Positions 35,157 through 46,842 of a stretch of DNA of 64,000 bases are shown here, piece after piece (the first letter of the stretch is position 1; every line of letters begins with the position of its first letter). The notes below the pieces were generated by a model. The model was given only the letters and a program-made list of their open reading frames with translations. It was not told where the DNA came from and did not search any database. Both the position numbers and the translations under genes were made by a program. The stretch covers positions 11,532,001-11,596,000 of the forward strand of contig NW_026889754.1 of the NCBI RefSeq assembly GCF_033153115.1. The letters run 5' to 3'. This DNA is from Saccostrea echinata (lineage: Eukaryota).

Positions 35157-35748
35157 TGCGACGTTTTTCGGGTTGATTTGGACGATAGCTCTAAGAACCA
35201 GTCCTTAAGAAGTGACTGTATTCACAACGTCCGTGCGTCACAAAATATTGTGGATCCTGTGGAACTATAGATCTTTATAGATCCAATAAAAAAAAAAACA
35301 ACAGCAGAGTTTTGCTTCAACGAGTATAATAATATCCAATCGCAGTTTACAGATCAAGAACAAGCTATCTGTTTTTTCATTCTCTCTCTCTCTCTCCTTA
35401 TATATACTCTGACACCTAACTTCATTAGGGCACCCGTTAGGGCATTAGGCTCCATAGTTAGGGCACCTGTTAGGGCGTTAGGCTCCATGATTTGGGCACC
35501 TGTTAGGGCATTAGGCTCCATGATTAGGGCACCCGTTAGGGCATTAGGCTCCACGTATTAGGGCCGCTGCACCATTGTTAGGTGTCAAGACACCTAATAC
35601 ATTTAGAACATCTATTAGGCACCATTATTAGGGCGCTAATTAGGCTCCAAGATTAGGGCACTAATCAGGCTCCATGGTTAGGGCCTTTCATATAGCAAAA
35701 ATTCAATTCATCTTTTATTTATCACATATTAAAAACAAAAACATTACA
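35157..35748 (-). repeat. 5' LTR
   Basis: Direct repeat of 25896-26478; carries 4 copies of a 33-bp TTAGGG/TTAGGC-rich unit. Confidence 0.93.
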
Positions 35749-36204
35749 GTAAGTTAAAAGGGGTTTTGCGTTAAAATAACAAATGAAAACGAGAAAAAAC
35801 GCATATATGTAAGAAAAAGCTTGATTTTAAGAAATATATTAAAGTAAAATTGATAAATTTTACATATTTTAAAAGCAGAGAAAATTTTCTTTCAAAATAT
35901 ATAAATATTTCTGCATTTGATTGAAAGGGGAAAATATCCCTATCGTAGGGAAAATTTCCCTTTCTCTGGAGCGTTACGTAATTTTAAAACTTTTAAACTT
36001 TTTTTTCAAAATATAATATGTATTTAATACCAACAAAGAAAAAGTAAATTTTTACATTTTCAAATACGAGAGAAAATTTCCTAAAAAATGGTTTGTAATT
36101 TTTGGACTTTTCTGCCAAGGCGAAGAAGATACGTAAACATTAATTTTGCGAAGTCCAGTTTTTTAACGCTATCGGTCATATTGACAGATGCGGTAGAGAA
36201 GGGG
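35749..36204 (-). mobile_element. Probable piggyBac-like terminus, interrupted by the Gypsy element
   Basis: Minus strand reads TTAA|CCCCTTCTCTACCGC at 36208-36190; related AGAGAAAATTT motifs on both sides of the Gypsy; partner TIR not found in the window. Confidence 0.4.
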
Positions 36205-36207
36205 TTA

Positions 36208-36385
36208 ATGTCCTCTCGAGAATTTTTCACTCATTTGGAGACACTACCACTTGCAGGTGGAGAGCTTCATATTTTGATTAGAACTCAAAGGACCGGACTC
36301 CAGGACCCATAGTGGGATTCGACCCCGCGACACAAGGATCAACTCCTTACTCTAGAGGAAACGCTGTATCCACTGCGCCACGATA
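36208..36385 (-). mobile_element. Internally deleted tRNA SINE (Tyr-like head)
   Basis: Shares the TCGAGAATTTTTCACTCAT tail with the SINEs at 1736 and 59116; head GTGGCGCAGTGG...GGTCGAATCCC. Confidence 0.7.
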
Positions 36386-36389
36386 GAGA

Positions 36390-36830
36390 TTGTTGGATTT
36401 TGTAACAAATATTGTCCATTCTTATGTCGACACGATATATCCCAGTGAGCTTGAAATAAAAGATACCACAGAGTCTGATATCTCTGTTTCAGATTTGGAT
36501 ATTTTACTAGAAAAAGATATTAATGGTAATCTAACAACAAAGCTTTATGATAAACGTGATAACTTTAACATTTCAATCGTCAACTTCCCTTACTTATGCA
36601 GCAGTATACCGAGTTTATATCTGTCAGTTGATTCGATACGGAAGAGCATGTTCTACGTATGAACAATTTCTAAAACGAGGTAAGTTATTGACAAACAAGT
36701 TCATGAAACAAGAATATCAGCAGTTTCGATAGAAGTCATCATTTCGTAAGTTCTATAGTTGATACAATGACCTTGTCAGTAAATACAGTCTATCATTGAG
36801 TCAAATGCTGACTGACTTTTCTCATACTAA
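36390..36830 (+). pseudogene. Penelope-like (PLE) reverse transcriptase C-terminal fragment
   Basis: IYPSELEIKDTTES, LDI, TKLYDKRDNFNISIVNFPYL.S.IP, QLIRY.RACS motifs. Confidence 0.8.
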
Positions 36831-37833
36831 TCGTTAGGCCATTACAGTAATCACTCCTCTGTCTGTCATTCTTCCGTCCACAATTTGTTGGATTTTTTTC
36901 TCATAACTTTTTTAGGGTTGACCAATTAAGTTCAAATTTGGTATGATGGTTGAATAGACAGTAAGACATATTTTGATAATAAGTTCTCTATGTCATCCGG
37001 TTTGAAGCTGGGGTGGTGGGGTAGATTCCTTAACTTTTTATAAGAGTGAATCGGCAAAGAGAGATAACTGCTGAGAATGTTCCTATTGTAAACTATGAAA
37101 GGCTGCAATGAGTCTCTTGAGATTAATTAACATTCCTCTTGAAGAAAATCCAAAAGCATTTATCGTTATCTGTCACATTGAGATTAATTAACACCTCTGT
37201 CTGCAAATGAAGTTTGTTTTGAAGTTAAGGTCAATTCTGAATGATGTTTACATTCTCTGAAATGTGGATTTAAATAATGTTCATACTTCATTTCGGTAAA
37301 ATGCATAATGAGTTATGATTTTATTAAATTCTAAAAACAAGATATAGATAAAGATTTATTTTATATATATTTTTTTCTTTTTTCTGCCTTATGTAATTTC
37401 AACAATACTAATTATTTTAACAAGTATTCAGATAATAACCTCATTCTATCATTGCTGAAAAAGTTCTTATTGTAAACTTAGAAATAAAGGTTGAGAGAGC
37501 AGTGTAATTAATCCCCTGGGATTGATTATTTTGCTGGTTGCAGAAAATTTTAGAGGGTTATCTTTCTGTCATTTTAAGATTAAAATGCAACCGATAAACG
37601 GCTGCTTTCCCTTGCAAAAATTAGTGATTTTTTCCCCTAATTATCAATTCTTTTTACCCAATTTCAAATGTAAAGAAATAATGGTGAAAATTTACACACT
37701 GCTGACAAACAGAAAATACGTTTTTCTTTTCAATTTTATTCTCCAAACCCATGCGCACACTAAAGATTATATGATAAATGCGTAAAACAATCTAGGTGTC
37801 CATATAAGGTGATAGGTAACTAATATTCAAAAT

Positions 37834-37887
37834 TAGTATATCGTTTCAAGCCTCCTTGATATCAAGGAGGCTTGAAACGATATACTA
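37834..37887. repeat. Perfect 54-bp palindrome
   Basis: TAGTATATCGTTTCAAGCCTCCTTGAT|ATCAAGGAGGCTTGAAACGATATACTA. Confidence 0.95.
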
Positions 37888-38739
37888 TATATTTTTAGTT
37901 TGACTGCCATTTTAGAATACATGGTCAGGCTAATAACAGGAAAAGGACAAAACAATAGGATTTCATCAAAATCAGAAAATCAAGAATCACAGAAGTTCTG
38001 TACAACAACGTTTACAAGATAAGGAATCGAAATGCTTAAAAATTATTATGTGTAATTATTTAAAATTAAATATAATAATTCGAGGAAAATAAATGATACT
38101 CATACAAGACGTGACTTATATAAACGCTGTTCCCATTCAATATATTAAATATTAACAATGAAAAAAAGTTTGATGCTTTTAAATTAGACCCGAAGTAAAC
38201 CTCAAACAAAAACATGCTTGTTTGCATATTTTTTGCAGTTTTCATCATTCTTATTTACTATATTATGATTTTTTCAAGTTGAGAAAAATGTCTCTATTTT
38301 TGCCCAATTCAAAAGAATGGGGTGTAGTTTGTAAAACAAGAAGTAATCAATTATAAACTAGATATCATTGAGATGGTCCATCTCAAAGGGCCCCGCTTTC
38401 AGTAACAAACATGAAAATGTAAGGTAAGTGAAAAGGGATTACTTTGAAGAGGAACATTTGTGTACTATTAAAAGATGTGTGTTGGAGTCTTAAGGGCTTC
38501 TATGCCATCCTTGTTATAATGTAAAATTGCACAAAAATCACGAGTTCTCCATACCCTTTATCAAAAAAAAAAAAAAAAAAAAAAACGGCACAAAAATCAC
38601 TAATTTTGCATATCCGCTATGAAAATTGTTGCATATCCTCTATCAAAATATGGAAGGAAAATCACAAATGTTCCGTACTCTAAGTCAATTGGTAAAGTTT
38701 GAGGCTGACTGGTTTTAAGGAAGAGATATTATGCACCGA

Positions 38740-39394
38740 ACAAAGAGTTTAAACAGAGAGGCTATTTTTGACCTTGATCCTTGACCTAGAAACTTCGTTT
38801 AAGGTCACTGCACATCCATTGACCAGTGGCACTCTGTGAGTGAAGTATAAGCCACATTTGACCAAGGGGAAAGAAGATATGCTCCGGACAGGAATTTTTC
38901 ATGTAATTCTGCTATGAACTTCACCTTGGATCTAAAAACATGGTTCAAGGACACTGCACACCCTTTTTTCCAAACGCATTCTGTGGGTGTAGTATGAGCC
39001 AGATTGGGCCAAGGAGAGAGAAAATATGCTGCGGACAAGAATTTAAACAGAGAGGCTATTTTTGACCTTGACCCTTTACCTGGAAACTTTTTTCAAGGTC
39101 ATTGCACATCCATTGACCAGTGGCACTCTGTGAGTGATGTATGAGCCACATTGGACCAAGAGGAGAGAAAATAAGCTCCGAACAAGGATTTTTCATATAA
39201 TTCTGCTTTGACCTCAACCTTAGACCTATAAATATGGTTCAAGGTCACTGCACACCCTTTACCCAAAGACACTCTGTGGGTAAGGTAAGAGCCAGATTGG
39301 GCTAAGGAGAGAGAAGATATGCTCCGGACAAGAGATCTCGGACGGACAGACAGACTGATCACTATAGGGCGCCCGCAGAGCGGGGCCCCAATAA
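38740..39394 (-). mobile_element. Helentron/HINE fragment with a ~294-bp repeat
   Basis: TTTAAACAGAGAGGCTATTTTTGACCTTGA at about 38748 and 39042; GGAC/AGAC microsatellite; terminal GC-rich hairpin. Confidence 0.75.
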
Positions 39395-39479
39395 TTTCTT
39401 CAAATTAAAACTCAACAGAAATAAATTTCCATACGCTAATCTATGTCCTGAAAGTTGTAATGGACACTTCATTTCGATA

Positions 39480-39790
39480 AGAATTTGTCACATCACAAAT
39501 TTCAAAATAATCTCCAGGACGAACGTTTTTCTTCAGTATTTTCTCTCCACAAGGCGACTTTAAATTTCGATGATGAATCTTCAGAATGGATGTTATTTAT
39601 GGACTCGGTCCTCGTCCGCAAGGTACTCCCCGTCTCTACGATATATAATTCTCCGCAACAAAAACATGTTTTACCGTATATGACATTTCTAGTTTGAAAT
39701 ATGCTATTATTAACAGTAAACTTTCCCGCTAGAATTGAAATGCTGTCCTTGTATGTATAGAAAGCGCGGCTAGGATAAGGCTGTCCGTAA
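39480..39790 (-). pseudogene. Degenerate GIY-YIG endonuclease (Penelope-type)
   Basis: TRNVIYGKTCFCCGELYIVETGSTLRTR fits NVIY..tC..C...YIGETG..LR.R. Confidence 0.7.
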
Positions 39791-40098
39791 AATATCAAAC
39801 TGTTCCAACTGTAGTAACTTTTCTGAACTACCTAGATATGACGTTATAATAGCATATGACGTTAAGTCACTGCTTACTTGAGCTTACATGACGGGGAAAG
39901 TGTCATAACTTTTACATTCCTTTCACATGACTTGTAAAGATTTTTTAACGTTGTTGTTTGATTCAAGTGTCTGGATTGTTCTTTAAGCTTATGTGTGCTG
40001 TAATGATGTTGAACATTAGCAATTTAATATCGTTATTCTTTTAACTTGTCCGATATACATATATTCAAACAATAAAAAAAAGACTGAAACGCTCCCAC

Positions 40099-40392
40099 TT
40101 ACACGCCAGAGTTAGAATGTATAAATCGTGTATATATTTGACTGGCATAAGTGATTAATAAGGATAAACTGAAAATATTCTGTGTGAATCTACTAGAGAA
40201 GTATGTCCAGACATCACAATTGAAAAGCCGAATTTCACGAATTGTACTTTCTGATCCACGAATAACGACGCATTTGGAGAAACGTGGACTATTACAATTA
40301 AATACGCCAAACTGTCCGATACGCATTTGACAATCATGATTGTAAGTAACTACACACCCGCAAATCACAATGAACAGCACAGCTCGTAACAT
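40099..40392 (-). CDS. Small Cys-rich ORF with a signal-peptide-like N-terminus, function unknown
   Basis: MLRAVLFIVICGCVVT followed by several Cys; CATATAA TATA-like motif about 95 bp upstream. Confidence 0.35.
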   Translation of the reverse strand: MLRAVLFIVICGCVVTYNHDCQMRIGQFGVFNCNSPRFSKCVVIRGSESTIREIRLFNCDVWTYFSSRFTQNIFSLSLLITYASQIYTRFIHSNSGV

Positions 40393-41909
40393 TTTCTGAA
40401 TGCACCTTGCTCCATCGAGCTGCGGACATCTGGCGCGAATACTGCAGGAGCTTTTGGTCATGTGACGGGTAGTAAGAACAGTTCATTATATGGGAGGGGT
40501 GATTGATTATTTGTTTGTGAGGGGGGGGGGGTTAATTAATAACAACAGTAAAAATGACAGTGCGGGTATCACAATGTGTTCTTTCTGACATCATAATTAT
40601 TTAATGTATGCAAAGACCCCTTTTCATGCAAAGTTCATATCAGGTCATGTGTATGTCAGATCAGGGCCCGTAGCCCTATTTTATCCTCGCATATCTTTTA
40701 ATTCGCTAAACTTTGGACATGGTGTTGATGTATAATGTTCAATCCCCTTAACAAGTGTAGACGTACGTATACAGCATAATACAAAGTTTTGTTGCCGTGT
40801 GAACAATAACCTCCTTCACTCTGTATTTTAATGTACCATACAGATATCCCCCCCCCTTTTTTTCATTAACTATAAAATAATGATTATAAGTATTCTCCCT
40901 AGAATTATAAACACGGTAAAATATGTAAAGATGCATTTAATTTTTTTATATAAAAAGTCATTCGTCATGGTTACCATCAGGTAAATTCTGATCAGCCTGA
41001 CAGGCCATGTTGTCTTATTTTACTTTCACAATTCATTGACATATGGACACCTGACCATTCTAATTGTGTTTAAGGACCCTCTCTATACAAGTGAATTTTT
41101 TTTTTTGACATTGAAAAAATATATTGTATAAAGGAGTTAATATTCAGCTTATTTATTTAACTTTCACTGTATGATGCGTGGTATTTACTCCCGGGAAAAA
41201 TGTTCAAAGGCAACACAGTATCAGTGAATAGAAATCACTGTTAATTACTTCAATAGAGAAAATACATGTAATTATTATAGTCTGGATAATACTTATATAC
41301 GAGTAGTTAAAAGACGTGTTGACCATTAATTAAAGTACCAATACCAGGTCATGCCAGGATACGTTACGTACTGTGTTCCTATTCTCAAATTGTTATCATT
41401 GTAACTTATTGATGTCGTTTCATTGATGTTCATATTGTAAGATATGTTTTTTTTTGTATCGTATAAGCTATACTGCTCTTGGAAATGTGTGAGATACAAA
41501 ATCAGAATTTTTGAATCAATGTGCCGAATTAAAGTATGCAGCACTCTACACTTACTCAGTATAACTAGGTCAGATTATGTTGAAATGCTTACAGGTGTGC
41601 GTGAACTAACCACGCAGGTATGTCACGATTTAGAGCGGTATTTTTAAAAGGACATTTCTGCACCATTAATTGTCTGATCAACAGACACATGACGTAAACC
41701 TCATTATTTATCCCAAGTCTCAAGCTTTCACACCCAAATATAGAATTGAGGTGTTTTTAGAAGGGTGGGACTGATCCTCTATCTCCGTAAAATCGTGATG
41801 TTCCATCTTTTTATGTCTAAATACCCTACCCCACGTGTATTCCTTCTCAGGGTATATATAAAAAAAAGGTAGTTACAAAGTGAATTATCTTTGACAGAAA
41901 ATTGACAAC

Positions 41910-43889
41910 ATGGCAGAAGAATTCCTTGACTTTCTGTAAGTAAAAAAAGTTTAAATATTTTTAAATATTGATTAAAATTATACATAACTTTAGTTATTCA
42001 CCGAAGAAAAAATTATTTAAAATCATATCACTGCCAAATTTAATATATATATTTCATAACATAGAAATTTCCCAGAAATTTCTTGTCTGACGATTGAATA
42101 TTCAAAAAGTATAACCATAAAAAAATCTTTGAAATACAGCTCTTTTTTTAAGTTAATTAGTATTCTTTTAATTCTATATGTAAATATTTTTTAAAAATTG
42201 CGATTTTAAGAATAAAATATTTGAATTATATTTTTACCCTTTCCCTTAAAGTTTTAATAGAACTTTTACAATTTGGTATGAGAAATCTTTGCTTTGAAAT
42301 TATTATTATTTCAATGCCAACACAAAGTATGTTTTTTTCATTTTTTAATATTTGTGTTAGAAACTTATTCAAAGGTTCTGAATGAAACAAAATTACATTG
42401 TTTAATAAGGTTGTACAAAATACGAGATGCACAATTTGTGTAATATAATTTTAACTAGTAAATTTCTGATCTGGATTCATAATAATAATTTAAAAAGAAA
42501 AACAAATGTTTGCTCGTAGAGTTGAATTGTACATTTTTATCACAGTGACGCAACAAAATCAGCAGACTCCTTTGAGGAGTTTGAGGAATTGTGGGTTAAA
42601 ATGGGGGAGGAGTTGGAAAAGACTGCGTTTCCACCTCCGTAAGTGCAACTTTTCAAAACATTATCCTCAAATTACGTTATAAGTTTTTAACGACATTTAC
42701 TTTTTTAACTCCTTAGATGGCATTTCTCTCTCAATCCCTTTGTAAAATATTACAATAAAATATGTTCAAATCATTCTCACTCGTTCTCCACAAGATGAAA
42801 CCTATTTGTTTTAGTTAAAGACTAGTGCAACTCCACAAGATGAAACCTATTTGTTTTAGTTAAAGACTTAGTGCATTTTCTTTAATAAATAAATGTTATA
42901 CGTATTTTATTTTATTTTATACATTTTTTTTCTCTCTTTATTAAAGTAACATTCCATCCCCTCCCTCTCCAAGTTACCACTCCACATTGCAACTCATAGG
43001 AGCAACAACACCTGTAGTAAATGAGTCTGAAAATTCGTCTTTGAGCGTACCATTTCAAAGGTTAAAATAATTGATTTAAATACGAACACATGTAACTGTA
43101 ATTGTAAAATACGGGATATTTTACAAATGTTTTTTAATAATGCGTATATAGTCTTTCATTTAAAAAACTGCTTTCAATACAAAAAAGGAAAATTACTGCT
43201 ACGACTTTTTAAAGTTGTTTAACGTAAGCAGAATGGCACTTAAATGTTATATTTTCTCTTATTTAGACCCTTAACCCCCACTCCGGAAAGTGAATTAAAC
43301 TTTCATGGCAGCTTCACACCAGCAGTTGAAAGTCCAAATGGTTATTCCCCTGCCGACGACTCAAACTACCCACCAACACTGAATTCTGGATTGGTGATTG
43401 ATGAGGAGCCTTTATCATTTCGTGATGTAGAGGACTCCGTTTTGACCACCTTACGGTAATAAATTAATATCTTTTTTCTTCTTCTTTTGTTTAAGCAGAC
43501 ACCAAGTTTATATCTTTTTTATTTTTTCATTTTTCTAATTACTTAACTATTTCCTTGATTACCATTGTATTTACACAATTGCAATGTTAATACATAGGAA
43601 AAGTAATTCCCCCGATACCATCTATGTAATTTAAAAAGTAAACTTAGTAAATAACGTTTTTATTCATGTTAATTGTAGGCTAAGAAATCCTTAGAAACAT
43701 CAACAATTAGAAAAACGGATAAGGGAGCCGTTAAAATCTGTCCAGAACTATGAAGAGCAGATGATATTGATGAATACACTTCTGGAAAGAGTTACCAAGG
43801 ATGTTACACAAATAAAAATAATCATGAATTATTTGGAGAATCAGTTGCAGAAGTCGCACCAGAAAAGAGTAACATTTATGACCTTGTAA
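41910..43889 (+). pseudogene. Orphan 5-exon gene (acidic, Pro-rich, coiled-coil C-terminus) with one in-frame TAG
   Basis: TATA box near 41853; exons 41910-41935, 42546-42638, 42947-43060, 43267-43455 and 43679-43889, all GT-AG phase 2; TAG at 43692-43694; AATAAA near 44057. Confidence 0.65.
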
Positions 43890-44265
43890 ATTGTTTTCCA
43901 AGGACCTGTGTATCAGTTTTACTTATGGGTAGATTCTTATAGACTGTGTTCAAAATATCCACGTGTGTTCAATTTACATATCATAACATACAAAATTTTT
44001 AACTGAGAATTAACACTTTTATATTTTGTTGTAGAAGATGAAGATGTATAATACATAATAAATCATGTTGTTTTATTAAATCTGTAAGAGGGTTTATTGA
44101 AAAAAAGCTTACAACTACCAATATCTACAATTTACTTACTACATAAGGTTGTTGAATGGTTGTTCTTCTGACGAAAGAAGTGACTGTACAAATACTAACA
44201 GATTTTGGACTTTTTATACTTTGTATAGGGTGTGACCCTATTGAGAAGGATTCTTAGTTACGGTT

Positions 44266-44416
44266 GGTAAATCTAAATTTAGTTATACCCTTATACTGTT
44301 ACTGTGGATACAGCTGGTAATTCTAAATTTAGTTATACCCTTATACTGTTACTGTGGATACAGCTGGTAATTCTAAATTTAGTTATACCCTTATACTGTT
44401 ACTGTGGATACAGCTG
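44266..44416. repeat. 50-bp tandem repeat x3
   Basis: GGTAAWTCTAAATTTAGTTATACCCTTATACTGTTACTGTGGATACAGCT at 44266, 44316 and 44366. Confidence 0.9.
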
Positions 44417-44659
44417 TTGCGTTTGAACCAATCTATCATCTTAAAATTGGATTTCATTTTACACTGTCTCTAGGTAAACCTATAGCTCTTGGATCACCAA
44501 CAGACTGCAGATGGTAAATTTAGTCTGAACTGCTGACTGTTGTTAGGTGTATGGTAGTTAATATATTCCAAAAATAAAATTAGCTGTTACTGGGTGAAAA
44601 GTTATGAACTTTATGAGTGTAGCCTTGATAATCCAGTAATAGCATCGATGAATAAAGAC

Positions 44660-44865
44660 TCCTCTTGACTGTGAATTATCCTATCCAGTCAGTGACTGTA
44701 TACCCCCCCTCCCTTGACTGTGTACTCACCCCTTGACTGTGTACTCACCCCTTGACTGTGTACTCACCCCTTTACTATGACCTCAATTATGACCTATGTG
44801 GGTGGGGTCTGGAAAACCCCATGACGTCATCTTGACTGTATACTGACTGTGTACTGTCCCCCTTA
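44660..44865. repeat. TGACTGTG / GTACTCACCCC motif cluster (20-bp unit x3)
   Basis: CTTGACTGTGTACTCACCC repeated at 44713-44771, plus dispersed TGACTGT motifs. Confidence 0.8.
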
Positions 44866-44873
44866 CTACTTAT

Positions 44874-46017
44874 GAACATCCACAAGCAACATTATTGTCA
44901 AACATCTGATATTCTAGAGAGAGTAGAAGTTACCAAATTACTTCTGATTCAAGATTTAAACATGGTACACAGGTTCAAGGGAAAACAGTTGAAAGACAAT
45001 CAGATTAATGGTTAGTACATGTAATAAATGCCCACAGAATCAAAACAGCATTATTATTACACAATGAATTAAAAACATAACCTTTGAAAAAAAAATCAGC
45101 ATTTTCATTTGGAAAATAATATATTGTACAGATTTCTTTTTTACAGATATAGTAGGAGTGGAAAATTCAAAGGACACCCTTCCACCAGATCCACCCTTGC
45201 CCTTGTCATTGCCATTGCCTTCCCCTAATAATGAGGTGGAGATACCAGAATTAGAGTTCTTCTCAGAGGACGAAGAAGGATCGGATTCAGAAAGCCGAGC
45301 TAAAAAAGGTAAACAAAGTTGGAATTTTGTTTGGGATCTTACTTTATTTTATTCAGTTCAAGTAGGGAAACAAAATACAAATTTTCTGCATGCACATACT
45401 GTAGAAGTACTTTTTTCCACGTGATATTAATTTATGCTATGTACGTGGTCAAAAATTTTCCGTGGAAATATGTCCCATTTTACACAAAATAGTGGAGTCT
45501 AAGAAATCCGTGTAATTTTGTTCCCTCGGATTAAAAAGAAATGGAGATTCCGCAAAATTATAATCCCGTGGAAAATAGTATGTCTACAGTAATCAAATAA
45601 CTTCTCTTGTAATTAATTAATGTTAGCAACATAGATTTGGTTGCAAAAATAAGTTGATGTTACACATTTACAGATTTGTTATTTAGTTGAACATCATGTG
45701 TAAGGTAATGTTTGAATAGGCTGAATTTGTTTATTTATAACGGTAATTTATCCTTTTGTGCACATTCAGCACCAAAGAAAAAGAGTTCATTGCGGCAGAG
45801 ATGGTCCAAGGAGGAGGAAGGAGAATTGCTGTCCTTATTCAGCAGGTGTTTTACAGAGGACAGATGTCCGGGACAAAAAGAAATAGAAGAGCAGATGAAA
45901 AGAAGCAAAAGGAAAGATGGTTTAATTCACAAAAGACCTAGAGACAACATCAAAAAGAAAGTTTCAGGAATGCGTGTTAAAAAGCGGAAAGAAAAGGTCA
46001 AATTAATTTGCAGTTAA
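44874..46017 (+). pseudogene. C-terminal 3 exons of a Crypton-like tyrosine recombinase with a Myb/SANT-like tail
   Basis: Exons 44874-45010, 45147-45308 and 45770-46017 with phase 1 introns. NIHKQHYCQ...VTKLLL...FKGKQL covers the catalytic Tyr region; RWSKEEEGELLSLF...P...I....R.RDNIKKKV. Confidence 0.6.
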
Positions 46018-46222
46018 TAAGTATGAAAAAGTTTTGAAGAGGAGTAGACAAGTCAAGATGAAATCTACCATTATATGGTAGAGTTCAGAGGTGTATCATT
46101 GTATAAGTTAATGAAAATGATAAAAGCGTTAACCAATTTTTTCTTATTTTGATCACTGAAAAAGATTCGGTGAAAATGAGTTTTTGTATTATGTGCATTG
46201 TTCTGCTTAGTATATCATTTAA

Positions 46223-46842
46223 GGTAGTCCGATCCTCAGGTTTATAAAATTAGCAGTTAAGTAATCAAAACTACTCATAAAAGTATCTCTGAATCCACAA
46301 AATTATATAAATTTATCCACAGTATTTCATTAGAGTAAAAGGTTAAAGTTAATCATATTATATAGGGAAAAGTGTCAAATCTCCAATATTTTTGCAGAAA
46401 AAGCGAATTGGAATATCGGCAATGCATTTTCTAATTGCAAATTGATCAACAGATATATTTCAGGTTAAAAAACGATAGGTATCCAGTCATTCAGAAAAAT
46501 TGTCATGATTATTATACTGTGTAAAAGGCTTTTGCTATCATTGCAAGACACCACAAATCACTTCTTATATCATATCATGCTAATAAGCATTGGTATCTAA
46601 GGCTGGATTTAAGAAAATCTTATTTCTCTAAAACTGTATTGATTTTTTTTCCTTTTGTTGGGTACAAATGTCAACATTTATAAGACCTTTTTCTAAGACT
46701 TCCAAAACCCTTTAATCTTTTAAAGATGAATAAAATGAAAATTGTTGCATGAAAAATATTCATTTTCAAGCTTCATTTTGATGCATTTCAAATTGATTAT
46801 TAATTTTTGGAGTTATCCTTCCTGGCTGAGGATAGGATATCC
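46223..46842. mobile_element. Kolobok-like MITE (620 bp, TTAA TSD)
   Basis: TTAA|GGTAGTCCGATCCTCAG ... CTGAGGATAGGATATCC|TTAA. Confidence 0.65.

Larger units (their letters stand above)
25896..35748 (-). mobile_element. Full-length decayed Ty3/Gypsy LTR retrotransposon
   Basis: TG..CA LTRs at 25896-26478 and 35157-35748; GTAA TSD at 25892-25895 and 35749-35752; PBS and PPT present; PR-RT-RH-IN order. Confidence 0.95.
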
